From positions 64,001 to 111,400 of the IMG/VR virus record IMGVR_UViG_3300023238_000006: DNA of 47,400 nucleotides. One strand, 5' to 3'. The stretch is from a virus. Taxonomy: Duplodnaviria; Heunggongvirae; Uroviricota; Caudoviricetes. A program made the position numbers and the translations under genes. Below are positions 1 through 10,500 of this stretch, one piece after another (the stretch's first letter is position 1; each line of letters opens with the position of its first letter). The notes under the pieces were generated by a model. The model saw only the letters and a program-made list of their open reading frames with translations, ran no database searches and was not told where the DNA came from.

Positions 1-17
1 CTTCTCTATCAGCCCCT

Positions 18-869
18 GTGACTAAACTACTGCCTATGAAGGTTAACAACTATCACGATCATACGAAGAAGATAGTATTCCCTTGTATGGTATCACCAAA
101 ACTCAATGGAGTCAACTGTGAATACCGTATAGAAGGTAACACTCTCAAACTCTACTCACGTGGAGGAGAGGAGTACCCTATCCCTGATCATCAGAAGCTA
201 GATGCTATAGCAATCCTAGCAGCCTTAGGTACTGACTCTATAAACGGTGAGATGTACGTCCACGGACATCACCTGCAAGATATAATGGCAGCTACTAAAA
301 AACATAATGACTTAACTCCAGAGTTAATCTTCTATATGTTTGATGTACCTAATATCCCTGGTGACTTTGCCACAAGGTGTGGCTATGCTTACAACATCAT
401 TCAAGGTAGTGGTGTTAACCCTCAATACATCCAGACAATCCGTGTTGACTTTGCTCACTCCTATGAGGAGATTGCATCAGATCATGCTAAGGTTACTGCA
501 TTAGGCTATGAAGGTTTAATCGTTCGTAATACTAAAGGGTTGTATAAATACAACACTCGTAGCTTAGATGTCTTTAAGTATAAGACTACTATGGATGCAG
601 AGTTTGAAATTACAGCTGTAACGGCTGATAAGAACGGGCATCCAGTTATGACTTTTAAATCAGCCGGGGGTGAGTTTAAGGCAAAGCCAAAAGGTACTTC
701 CCAAGAACGTATATCTATGCTGAATGACTCACACCTGCTAATAGGTAAATTTGCTACTGTGGAGTATGAGATGCTCTCTAAAGGTGCAGAAGGATTGCCT
801 GGCAAGCCTTTAAAACCTGTGATGATCACTTTACGGGAATGTGACCATCAAGGCAACCCTAAGGTTTGA
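18..869 (+). CDS. ATP-dependent DNA ligase, phage type (frame is open to the window edge, so the N-terminus may be truncated)
   Basis: Motif I SPKLNG, motif III INGEMY, motif IIIa FYMFDV, motif IV EGLIVR, motif V KYK, and a C-terminal OB fold (ATVEYEML...P.KPV). Confidence 0.88.
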   Translation: MTKLLPMKVNNYHDHTKKIVFPCMVSPKLNGVNCEYRIEGNTLKLYSRGGEEYPIPDHQKLDAIAILAALGTDSINGEMYVHGHHLQDIMAATKKHNDLTPELIFYMFDVPNIPGDFATRCGYAYNIIQGSGVNPQYIQTIRVDFAHSYEEIASDHAKVTALGYEGLIVRNTKGLYKYNTRSLDVFKYKTTMDAEFEITAVTADKNGHPVMTFKSAGGEFKAKPKGTSQERISMLNDSHLLIGKFATVEYEMLSKGAEGLPGKPLKPVMITLRECDHQGNPKV

Positions 870-906
870 TATGGTACAACCTCTCATATGAAATTTAAGG
901 AGTATT

Positions 907-1605
907 ATGGCACATTTCAACTCTAAGTGGGCCAAGGCAGCAATTCAAGATGAGGCCTCAGGCGCTTATAGCTTCTTGCGCAAAGAGGGAGTAGATATTA
1001 GGGAGTTAATATCTCCTGTAGACTCTACTAAGTGGGACGTGGCTACCATCGCTGAAGAAGCTTATAAATACTCCACCAGAAATGAGTTTAAACATTGCTG
1101 CACCTCTGCGTAAAGTGCAGCTCACAGATTGGGATGTATCGAAAGTATATGCTCCCACATGGACTTACCGCAAAGACAGCACACCTATGCAGAGATAGCG
1201 GCAGAGGCACTAAAGTACTTAACCAAGACAGCCTTCAAAAGAGGGCACTACGGAATGTACCAGGCGGCTTGCCGAAAAGGTATTATTAATGATGTAGGGG
1301 CACATATGGAGTTAGACCTCCATAGCTTTAATCCTATGAAGCCTGCAATTCTTTATTACTTCAGAATAAAAGACGTCTGAAAGATTGGTATCACTAACTA
1401 CACCTTGAAAGACAGGTACCACAAACGTGATAGAGATCAGATGACAGACGTTGTAATATGGGAATTCGAGTTAGGTGCTACAGCGCACGCACACGAACAA
1501 ACAATAATAGAGTTGAATACAGAATTCAAGTACACCGGTGACACCACTTTTACAGATGGGACAGGGGTTACTGAATGCTTTACTTGCGACATCTATACTT
1601 TATAA
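907..1605 (+). pseudogene. Degenerate GIY-YIG-like (T5orf172/MUG113-type) homing endonuclease with N-terminal helical repeats
   Basis: ORFs 907-1113, 1129-1380 and 1405-1605 share one frame. In-frame TAA (1111-1113) and TGA (1378-1380) interrupt the repeats EAxKYxTxxxFK...AAxRxGxxxxxxxHM and the motif ILYYFRIKDV*KIGITN...TECF, which is paralogous to 3671-4177. Confidence 0.8.
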
Positions 1606-1615
1606 AAGGACTATA

Positions 1616-2329
1616 ATGGAACTACTTAACGAACAAACAAAACACTCTATATGGGATAACTTTGTCCCAATTATATCTCATGACAGGCACACAGATATAT
1701 ACTTAACAGATGGTATTGAAGCCCCTAGTGAATACAACCAGCTGTGTAATATCCTTAATTCTGCTCACACAGGAGATACTGTAACAATACACATTAACTC
1801 TGGTGGGGGGTATGTAGACTCAGGGTTTATGATTATTGATGCTATTAAGAACAGCAACGCTGTTGTAACAGCTAAACTATCAGGAACTGTTGCTTCAGTA
1901 GCAACAATTATAACACTATCTTGCCATCATGTGGTTATTGCTGACTACGTACAGTTTATGATTCACAACTACTCTGGCGGGGCTCAAGGTAAAGGCCATG
2001 AGATGAAAGCTCAAATGGCATTCACTGACTCAGAACTCAACAAAGCTTTTGCTGAGATATACGGTGGCTTCCTAACAGAGGATGAGATGGCTAGTGTTAT
2101 AGATGGCGCTGATATCTGGATAGGAAAGAAAGAAACACTAGCTAGGCTAGCTGCAAGAAGCACTAATGATGCTGAAGCTCTGGAAGCTATAGCAGAAGCT
2201 CGCCAGGGTAGATTAGACGATCTTGAGGATGTTATAGACTTCTTAAGATCTCTATCTCAGGATGAGATAAAGTTTGTACTGTCTGAGTCAGGGGTGCAAA
2301 ACACAGGGTTAACAGCGGTAACAAAGTAA
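1616..2329 (+). CDS. ClpP-like (S14/S49) serine protease
   Basis: IHINSGGG, GTVASVAT (catalytic Ser), FMIHNYSGG (catalytic His). Start moved to ATG 1616, which follows an AAGGA RBS. Confidence 0.85.
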   Translation: MELLNEQTKHSIWDNFVPIISHDRHTDIYLTDGIEAPSEYNQLCNILNSAHTGDTVTIHINSGGGYVDSGFMIIDAIKNSNAVVTAKLSGTVASVATIITLSCHHVVIADYVQFMIHNYSGGAQGKGHEMKAQMAFTDSELNKAFAEIYGGFLTEDEMASVIDGADIWIGKKETLARLAARSTNDAEALEAIAEARQGRLDDLEDVIDFLRSLSQDEIKFVLSESGVQNTGLTAVTK

Positions 2330-3615
2330 TGGTACCTATAAACAAAGTATCTTTAGATACAAACATCTTAATAGATGAACCAGGGGTGGTATTTCAAACT
2401 GACAGAGAGTTTGTTATCTCTTTCACAGTTATACGTGAACTTGATCACTTAAAACGTAATCCGGACCTTAAACGGTCCTCTCAACAGGCTATTAAGAATA
2501 TCTGGTGCCAGTACAAAGCTGGTAAGATTGAAATACTAAATCTACCAACAACGTTAGGAGAGTCTCCCGACGAGCGTATATTACAAGATACTAAAGTAGC
2601 AGGTGCTAGTATACTATCTAATGATATAGCTGTAAGGCTAATTGCTAAAGCCCATGGGGTTGCTATATCAGACTTTGAAGCAGAGTCTGATATTGACTAT
2701 AACTACACAGGCTACGTCACTATAAAGGGCGATGCTACTTACGAGAAGAAGTTTGTGCCTGTTAAAGAGATGCAATTGGAAGAGTTCAACACTCAGTTTA
2801 ATGTGGATCTTAAAGAAAATCAGTACTGTATCATTGATAGGATAAGTACTAAAGATGATATATGGGTTAACCATAATGGAACTGTGTCTAGGATATCACA
2901 ATCTAGGACACCTTACGGTAATGTCGGTATAGTGTTGACACCACTTGACAATGTACAAGCTTGTGCACTACATGCGGTATTTGACCACACAGTCCCGTTA
3001 ACTATAATTGATGGCGCGTTAGGGACAGGCAAAACAATTCTATCCTTAATGGCTGCACTAGCTACTACTAACAGCACTGGTCGTGATAAGCACTACGACA
3101 AAATACTTGTCACTAAACCCCCTGTATCAACTAACAGAGCTCTATACACAGGATTCAAGCCAGGTACATCAGCAGACAAGATGAGTGGGCATTTAAGTGG
3201 CTTTAAGTCTAACCTGAAGTTTCTTCTAGACCCTCGAGAAACAAAACCTAAAAAGTTAAAAGTAGGGGAAGAGCCTCAAGAGAAACCCTCTGATGAGGCT
3301 TGGATGAATCTTTTTGAGATTGTTGAGATTGATGAAATGCAAGGTTTCTCTATTCACCATAAAATATTGTTAGTAGACGAGTGGCAATTACTAGATGAAG
3401 ATGGTGCACTTCTAGTTCTTAGTCGTATCTCTGAAGGTGCTAAAGTTGTTCTTATTGGGGACACTCAAGGCCAAACCTACGGCATGAACAGAGCTAACGA
3501 GGGGTTTAAAGTTATATACAAGCACCTGGGTACAGCCCCTGAGTTTAACTTTATTAAACTTGACAAAATATATCGCTCAAAGTTAGCTGAATTTGTTGCA
3601 ACTATATTCAAGTAA
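2329..3615 (+). CDS. phoH: PIN-domain + PhoH-family ATPase (PhoH2-like)
   Basis: N-terminal PIN motifs (LDTNILID, VIRELDHLK, DERIL, LSNDIAVR), Walker A GALGTGKT, LVDEWQ, IGDTQGQ, IYRSKLA. Confidence 0.88.
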   Translation: MVPINKVSLDTNILIDEPGVVFQTDREFVISFTVIRELDHLKRNPDLKRSSQQAIKNIWCQYKAGKIEILNLPTTLGESPDERILQDTKVAGASILSNDIAVRLIAKAHGVAISDFEAESDIDYNYTGYVTIKGDATYEKKFVPVKEMQLEEFNTQFNVDLKENQYCIIDRISTKDDIWVNHNGTVSRISQSRTPYGNVGIVLTPLDNVQACALHAVFDHTVPLTIIDGALGTGKTILSLMAALATTNSTGRDKHYDKILVTKPPVSTNRALYTGFKPGTSADKMSGHLSGFKSNLKFLLDPRETKPKKLKVGEEPQEKPSDEAWMNLFEIVEIDEMQGFSIHHKILLVDEWQLLDEDGALLVLSRISEGAKVVLIGDTQGQTYGMNRANEGFKVIYKHLGTAPEFNFIKLDKIYRSKLAEFVATIFK

Positions 3616-3670
3616 TAAAGAAAACCTTAAGGTTACATATACTTCCTCACTTGAAGTTAAAGGATATCAT

Positions 3671-4177
3671 ATGCTAGGTAAAAGAGCGCAAGCCCGCGCT
3701 GACACTTTCAATAATAAGGCAAACCTTATACACTATAATAAATATAATTACTCCTTAGTAAATTATAGCAAGGCAAGTAATAAAGTTATTATTATATGCC
3801 CCACTCATGGCGACTTTACACAGATACCTTCAAACCATTTAGCCGGTAAAGGTTGTAAAAGGTGTTCACCAGGTGGAGGGTTTGATTGGAGTAAAGCAGG
3901 CATTTTGTACTACTTATCTATAGATGATGGTGCTTACTTCAAGATAGGTATCACCAATAGGACTGTGTTGGAACGTTATTCAAAAGATGAACATCCTAGA
4001 ATAAAAATACTACATGAATGGCACTACCCTGTAGGAAGGGACGCTGCTATACATGAGAAGAGTATAAAAGCTCTTCACAAAGACAATTTAATCCCTAGAG
4101 ACACTTTAGTGTTACGGAATGGTAACACTGAGATTTTTGCCTCCGATGTCCTAGGGCTACACAAGGAAGAAAAGTAA
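3671..4177 (+). CDS. GIY-YIG-like homing endonuclease with an N-terminal Cys/His zinc-binding (DUF723-like) module
   Basis: KVIIICPTHGDF...NHLAGKGCKRC, followed by ILYYLSI...FKIGITNRTVLERY...GNTEIF. Start ATG 3671 follows AAGGA. Confidence 0.75.
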   Translation: MLGKRAQARADTFNNKANLIHYNKYNYSLVNYSKASNKVIIICPTHGDFTQIPSNHLAGKGCKRCSPGGGFDWSKAGILYYLSIDDGAYFKIGITNRTVLERYSKDEHPRIKILHEWHYPVGRDAAIHEKSIKALHKDNLIPRDTLVLRNGNTEIFASDVLGLHKEEK

Positions 4178-4464
4178 TGGAATATGATTCACCAAATATT
4201 ACCGAAGTGGCAATCTTAGGCAGCCTTATTAAATGTATGTCATTTAGTGTAGGCTACAATCAGCATTTAGATGGGTATGCAGCACCAGAGGACTACTACT
4301 CTGCAGAAGATATTGAGGGTTTAGATCCATCACTACCTATATGGGTACTGAGAGTTTACTACCTAACACCTGTAGGCTTCATGGAGTGGCATACTAACAG
4401 CATAGAGGAGCTAGCTGCACAGCTGGCTTCAGCAGCTGATGAAATTAATAATATCCATAGCTAA
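4177..4464 (+). CDS. Hypothetical protein
   Basis: 95-aa ORF coupled to its neighbours by TAATG overlaps. Confidence 0.7.
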   Translation: MEYDSPNITEVAILGSLIKCMSFSVGYNQHLDGYAAPEDYYSAEDIEGLDPSLPIWVLRVYYLTPVGFMEWHTNSIEELAAQLASAADEINNIHS

Positions 4465-4778
4465 TGGGTGCTATGGTTATAGTCCTAGGACTAGCAGTAT
4501 TATTTAACTTCATAATCCTCCGCATAAAATGGAACAAGGGTAATTATATCGACGTTGCTGTAGATGTACTTATGTTAGTTATCCTAAATGCAGTATTCGG
4601 AGGCTCCATCCTAGGCGTAGTTAGTGCTACCGCAGGTAGTACTTTAATAAGTCTATACTTGATATGGAAGCCGATGAAACCATTTGAAGACTCATCATTA
4701 AACATTGATAAGTTCTTCAACGACGTAACTAGCAACCCATCTAAGATGGCTGCTAAGTTCGATAAGTTATTCGATTAA
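4464..4778 (+). CDS. Small membrane protein (about 3 hydrophobic helices)
   Basis: Hydrophobic stretches MVIVLGLAVLFNFIIL, VAVDVLMLVILNAVFGG and ILGVVSATAGSTLISLYLIW. Confidence 0.7.
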   Translation: MGAMVIVLGLAVLFNFIILRIKWNKGNYIDVAVDVLMLVILNAVFGGSILGVVSATAGSTLISLYLIWKPMKPFEDSSLNIDKFFNDVTSNPSKMAAKFDKLFD

Positions 4779-4798
4779 ATTAAAACAAAGGAATCACA

Positions 4799-5122
4799 AT
4801 GGGATTTAAAGAAACAAAGAAAGACAGCGGGCACACACAAAGGCTAACACTTCAAGAGATTATTGAAATGGCTATTAACGAACGTGTGTTAACAGATGTA
4901 GAGTACGATGACGTACCTGAAGAGGCTGCTGATACACCCTCAAATGAGGGCTACGACCTGGTAGACCTTAGTGGGCTGAGTGTACTAGATAAGACTGTAC
5001 TACTCGTCCACGATACCTTAAACAGCCTCTTAGTAGGTACTACTGTATTAGAGAATGCTAGTGAGCTACATACAATAATTGCAGCTGTAGATAAGCTGAG
5101 CACTATGGGTAAGACTAAGTAA
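4799..5122 (+). CDS. Hypothetical acidic protein
   Basis: 107-aa ORF with an AAGGA RBS. Confidence 0.7.
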   Translation: MGFKETKKDSGHTQRLTLQEIIEMAINERVLTDVEYDDVPEEAADTPSNEGYDLVDLSGLSVLDKTVLLVHDTLNSLLVGTTVLENASELHTIIAAVDKLSTMGKTK

Positions 5123-5595
5123 TGTCTACTATAGTAGCAGACATCCACCGCTTCAATGAAGAAGCTGGGTTACTAGGAAAGGGTATGGACTCTTTCTTAG
5201 AAACAAGTATGGCACTCGAGGAGTGTATAGAGGGTTTTGAGCCTGTATTCAACATGCCAGAGGATCCAAAGGCACCAGTAGTAACTGCGCGCAGTTGGGC
5301 ATTAGGGCTGCTTAACCAGGTTAAGGAATCTATGGAGGCCAGGGCTATACCTATGCCTATAGAAGTAGATGAGCTTGATAAAGCTATAGACCTCTGTATC
5401 CTTTCATTTGGTAAAATGTTTAAGATGGGGTTAACACCTGCACAGGTTGAGGAATGCTTCTCAATTGTAAACAATGCTAACATGACTAAAGTTGGCTGTG
5501 TTACAGCCTCTGATGGTAAGCTAACTAAACCTGAAGACTTCAAAGCACCCGAAGTTTTTCTACAAAAGATCTTAGATGATCGTAAGGAATCTTAA
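5122..5595 (+). CDS. MazG-like / PRA-PH-family nucleotide pyrophosphohydrolase
   Basis: EECIE, ELDKAIDL, VNNANMTK and DGKLTKPEDFKAPE, typical of phage MazG-like all-alpha NTP-PPases. Confidence 0.8.
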   Translation: MSTIVADIHRFNEEAGLLGKGMDSFLETSMALEECIEGFEPVFNMPEDPKAPVVTARSWALGLLNQVKESMEARAIPMPIEVDELDKAIDLCILSFGKMFKMGLTPAQVEECFSIVNNANMTKVGCVTASDGKLTKPEDFKAPEVFLQKILDDRKES

Positions 5596-5783
5596 TGACT
5601 GATAACACAGAATCTGTAGAACTGGTAGAAACACCAACAACTCCATCACTGGAATCCATACGTAGTATACGTATGTCATACAATCGTCAGTACAGCCGTA
5701 TGGTTCGTGCTAATGAGGTTGCCTTAAAAGGCTTGTACGTTGATTGGGCTTTCGATAAGCTCAATTTATCACAATATAGATAA
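5595..5783 (+). CDS. Hypothetical protein
   Basis: 62-aa ORF with an AAGGA RBS and a TAATG overlap. Confidence 0.6.
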   Translation: MTDNTESVELVETPTTPSLESIRSIRMSYNRQYSRMVRANEVALKGLYVDWAFDKLNLSQYR

Positions 5784-5792
5784 CACCTATTC

Positions 5793-5841
5793 TTAGTTAA
5801 ACCTTAATTAATTTAACTAATGTATAATCGTAAGTTATAAT
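5793..5841 (+). promoter_or_regulatory. AT-rich sigma70-like promoter with a 9-bp inverted repeat
   Basis: TTAGTTAAA (5793-5801) / TTTAACTAA (5812-5820), TATAAT at 5823-5828 and 5836-5841, upstream of an AAGGA RBS. Confidence 0.5.
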
Positions 5842-5862
5842 TAACATAAGGAAAACTAATAT

Positions 5863-6078
5863 ATGGGTATAAGTAAAGAAGAGGCAGCCTTGCTACTACG
5901 TAGTAGCTGCGGCCCTACAAGAATGGAAATAGACATGTTAGAACGTAGTATCTCTAGAAAGAAAAAAGATATAACAGACCTGACTAGAGCTGTAATCTTA
6001 GAAGAAGGTTGTCTATTTGAGTTAAAGGCTGCCCATGGTGCAGCTATAGTACTAAGAGACAGGCTGAAGAATGTCTAG
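5863..6078 (+). CDS. Hypothetical coiled-coil protein
   Basis: 71-aa ORF with an AAGGA RBS, overlapping the helicase start. Confidence 0.65.
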   Translation: MGISKEEAALLLRSSCGPTRMEIDMLERSISRKKKDITDLTRAVILEEGCLFELKAAHGAAIVLRDRLKNV

Positions 6079-7501
6079 AACTGTACAACAACAAGCAGTT
6101 ATTGATGCAGCTAAAGATCCCACCATACCAATGATATCCTGCAAAGCTGTAGCAGGTGCAGGTAAGACATTTACATTACTGGAACTAGCTAAAGAACTAA
6201 ACCCTGCCACAGGATTGTACCTTGCGTACAACCGTGGAATAGCTGATGAGGCTGAAGAGAAGTTTAAAGACACAAACATAAAATGTGTTACCTTACACTC
6301 CCTAGCTTGGAATGCAACTGTACGGCAGTATGGGCTAAAGGTAGGATTCTTCGGAGTACGTGATGTCTCTCCTAGCAGCCTTACTTACCCAATGCGCCAA
6401 AGAGTTGTAGATGCAGTGGAGGGATTTTGCCTCTCAGCCCATACAGATCCACTATCATGGATGGAGGAGAATGGGGTATACCCCACAGAGATACCTATAG
6501 TGATGGAGCACCTGAACAAGATGACTACGGGGGCAATATCATGTACACATAGCTTCTATATGAAGCTATATCACGTATACCTACTATCAGGTGAGATACC
6601 AATACCAGAGGTAGATATGCTATTAATGGATGAGGCGGGTGACTTAACTAAATTAACTATAGACATTTTTAGGCTTATAAAAGCTCCTAAGAAGATTGCG
6701 GTAGGGGATCCGATGCAAAACATATACAGCTTCAACCAGACAGTTAATGCTTTTAATGTATTAACCGAATGTATACCAGTAAACCTTACAGCTTCATTTA
6801 GAGTATCAAACCATATAGCTGCTAAGATACAAAGCTTTGTACAGAAGCATATGGATGCTTCTTTTGAGTTCACCGGTAGAGACTACGAACCTAATACGGC
6901 AATAACAACATCTGCATATATAGCCCGTAACAATAGCGGGCTGCTTGAGGAAATGTTTGTGTTGATGGCTGCAGGTACTAAGTTTCATACCACCCGTAAA
7001 GTAGAGCTAATCCTAGAGCTGCCATTAATACTGGCTAATTTAAGTAATGGTAAAGCTATTACTGAATATAAGTATAAGCATATCGAGAAGCTACGTAAGG
7101 AGTATATGAACAGCTCATACCTGGCCTCTAGAGGTACGATAGGTAGTTATGTAAGGCAAGGCTGTGCTAAAGATCCTGAGGTCTCTAGGGCCATTACAAC
7201 GGTGATGAAGTACACCCCAGTACTCCTTAATGAATTGGTTAAGTACGCAAAAGAGTGTGCTAAGACTTCATGTGGTCTTACACTTACTACTGCACACTCA
7301 TCTAAAGGGTTAGAATTCTCGGAAGTAACCATAGCACCAGACTTAAATGCGTCTGCTACTGAGGCTCTTGTAGATATTATGAGAGCTAAATTGGATAAGG
7401 ATTGGAAGAAAGCAGAGATGCTCTCTGAAGAACTCAGATTGTACTATGTTGCAACTAGTCGCAGTATGATTAAACTAAATAACGCTAGGCTACTTAAGTA
7501 A
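6071..7501 (+). CDS. UvrD/Rep-like superfamily 1 helicase
   Basis: AVAGAGKT (I), LLMDEAGD (II), VGDPMQNIYSF (III), LTASFR (IV), TAHSSKGLEF (V), LYYVATSR (VI). Confidence 0.9.
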   Translation: MSRTVQQQAVIDAAKDPTIPMISCKAVAGAGKTFTLLELAKELNPATGLYLAYNRGIADEAEEKFKDTNIKCVTLHSLAWNATVRQYGLKVGFFGVRDVSPSSLTYPMRQRVVDAVEGFCLSAHTDPLSWMEENGVYPTEIPIVMEHLNKMTTGAISCTHSFYMKLYHVYLLSGEIPIPEVDMLLMDEAGDLTKLTIDIFRLIKAPKKIAVGDPMQNIYSFNQTVNAFNVLTECIPVNLTASFRVSNHIAAKIQSFVQKHMDASFEFTGRDYEPNTAITTSAYIARNNSGLLEEMFVLMAAGTKFHTTRKVELILELPLILANLSNGKAITEYKYKHIEKLRKEYMNSSYLASRGTIGSYVRQGCAKDPEVSRAITTVMKYTPVLLNELVKYAKECAKTSCGLTLTTAHSSKGLEFSEVTIAPDLNASATEALVDIMRAKLDKDWKKAEMLSEELRLYYVATSRSMIKLNNARLLK

Positions 7502-7509
7502 AGCCTTTG

Positions 7510-10500
7510 TTAACCAAAAGCCTTATTAATATTAGTAATCATCTGTGGCTCTATGATATCACCAATAATCTTACTAAACCCTGGGGAATATACCCACTTA
7601 TCAATAGGCCTAGCAAACACTGATACTTCACCAATGTCATCAGGGTTATACCCTGAGACCATTTCAAACATCTCCTGCCCCAGTATAGCTAGCCCAAATC
7701 TTAAAGGCTTACCTTTAATTAGATCTTGGATACCTAGTTGGATTCTAATAGCGTATTTACTAAAGGCTACTAAGCCCATATCATTCATATACTGTAGAAT
7801 CTTACTATCAGGCTTAGAGTAGTTAACATAGGCATCTCTAACTCGTATTATCATATCAGCAGCTAGCTGTGCCTCTTGGTTAGCAGTCATAGGTCTGTCA
7901 TTAACTGTTTGGTAAATCTGCTTCTCTTTCTCTATACCCAGTGTGTACTGTGCATATCTAGCCACAAAGTCACTATAAGCTGTCATAGTTGTAACCAACT
8001 TAAACAGACTTGTTTTTTCAGACACAAATGTCCAGTTACCTATATCTTTTAATAACTGCGGGGCACCTTCTGTTTTATCACTAATGTACCTAGATATCTT
8101 GCTATTACTCTTAACATCAGACATATTTACATCTTCTATTATGTGTTGGTATAATCCTTCATCTATAAGAGGCTTAATAGCACTCTTATTAATGTTACCC
8201 TCCAGCTCCAACTTCTTCCTCTGTAGCACCTTGTCATTGGGATTGATTGCTAGCTTAGGTATAAGCTTAGCTAGTGCATCAGTATCTGCTAAGTAGTCTC
8301 TTAATAATGCTACACCTTCTAATTGTCGCTTAGCAACAGCTAGTGGGCTTAACCCGTATTGAAATGAGTACATAATATTACTAATCATATTACCCATAAT
8401 AACAGGTAGTGTTCTAATAATAACATCCACTTTAAATATCTTAACAATCTCCTTCCAGGCATCTTCCAGCATTCTAATAGCCTTCTTTAGATGCTTAGTC
8501 ATTTGGTGGCCAGGTAGTATGTTAGCTAACGATGCGTCCCTAACCCCAAAGATATCTAACAGCATATCTCTTCGCACCTTAAATATGTTCTTACCAAATA
8601 TACGCTTTAACTTAGACCTCTTAGTCTCAGACAATCCTGCGTACTTATCATCCCCTATTATCTTCATCATCAAATCAGTACCTAACTCGAACTTATCAGT
8701 ACCCTCGTTGTACATAACATTCTTCAAGTCAAACTTACTCAACTCTCCTTTAAGCTTTGCACCATCTGCACCGCCAGCGAGATCATTATTCAAACCCTTT
8801 ATCATTACATTAGCTTTACGCACTGTGTTCATAAGTTCTCTTATATTCTCAGGTAGTATACTAACCGCATCCTTAACTTCATTAACATCACTAAGTCTAC
8901 TAATATCAACATATCTATGCTGGTTCTTACCTACATTCCCAGAACTATGGGCATTCTCTATCATATCGTCCATTAATGTATCCCAGACAATACCATTCAA
9001 CTCTTTAGACTCTTCAACATCTGCCTCATGTGCCCAGCTTCTTGCTACAGCTTGTGGTGCATCCATCTCTAAGCCCATATATTCTATCTTACGTCTATAC
9101 GGCACCTGGGTCTTGTAGTCAGTTATTTCATTCTTAGCGTTAACCACAGGTACTACATTAGTACCCACCTTAGGCTCTTTGCCAGCTCTAACAGCTTCTT
9201 CATATTCTAAACCTAAGTCTGCGGCTCTTTTAATCTGTGCTTGCACAACATCGTACGTAGCACTATCCATCCCACGCTTTAAGGCATCCTGCCATAAGCT
9301 CATACCAGGCTCTCTATCCCCTGTGTAGCGTAGAGAAGCTCTATTCATAGGCTGCTGTGATAACTGATGGTTTACATACAGTCCTAGCTTCATATCAGCA
9401 CTATCTCCATAGCCTAGCCCTAATGAACTTACTTTATCCTTAGTAAGCTTATACCCCTTTAACTGCATACGTCGCTTAGTTCCGGCATCAGTCTTTGCTA
9501 TCTCGAGGCCTTTACCACTATCATAAGTTTCTCTATGGTAGTTCTTCATAAGGTTGTTGGATTCCTCAGGATTGACTCCTAGTATATAGGCTCTAAATCC
9601 TGATTGTGCTTCTGCTATAAACTTCATACCATCATAGTTTGTACCTACAAGTCTTGCTATAGTGTGCTGTGTTGCCACAGGTATTGTTTTAGTTGCATAT
9701 AGGGATGTTAGTAGGTCTACGTCTGTTATTAAGTCTGCGCTAGGTTTAGTAGTCTTCATTACATGTGATACTATTGCTGTAGCATTTTTACGTTGTACCA
9801 CAGTACTATTACCAGTCATCATCAGATCTGCTAGTCCTTTTGCTTGTGCCAGCATGTATCTGCTATCACTATCTGATAACTTTTCTGATAACCTTACCTC
9901 AACACCTGCTATAGCTTTGTCCAATATTGCCATATTATTGTAGATACTCTTTAACTCATCCTTGCTAAAAGCTTTAAGCATTGTAGAATTGTCAGCGAGC
10001 ATTGCTGAGCCGTATAGGGCCTTCTTCTCTTCTTTACGCAACTTCCTGCCAAAAGCTTCATTCATAACACCTGCTATATTAGCTGCTTCACTTTCTCTCT
10101 TAGTGTCTATCTGCTGTGCTGCTAGTATTAACTTCTGTATCTTGTTACCATACTTGTCTGCATGTTTGACATGGCGTAGTATTGACTGTATAAATCCTTC
10201 CTCTCTCATCCCTAACATTGCCAAAGTACCCTGCATCATAGGTGTACCCTTTTCACTAGCTAGTACGAAGTGTATAGCTCTAACTTTGTCTATAACCGTT
10301 AATTTCTTCTTCCCTGCTAACTTATTTAGTATGTACTCCTGGTTCTTACCCTCTAGCCCGTCTATCCAACCTTTCCATCTCTCTTCAGCTCTATCTATTT
10401 GTCTACCAGCCTTGGCTCTTAATGTCTGATCATTAATCCTAGCTGCCTTATGATTAAGAGAGCCTATATCACTAACTAGTTTCATCAGTAGTTTATCACC

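Noticed and set aside
907-1605. Alternative genetic code (stop-codon reassignment) suggested by in-frame stops
   Set aside because: The two stops are different (TAA and TGA). TAA, TAG and TGA all end normal genes elsewhere, and the long ORFs are uninterrupted under the standard code.
18-7501. Catalytic-motif variants KLNG (ligase) and DEAGD (helicase) as signs of inactivation
   Set aside because: The catalytic Lys and the DE pair are retained and all other motifs are intact; likely family-level variation.
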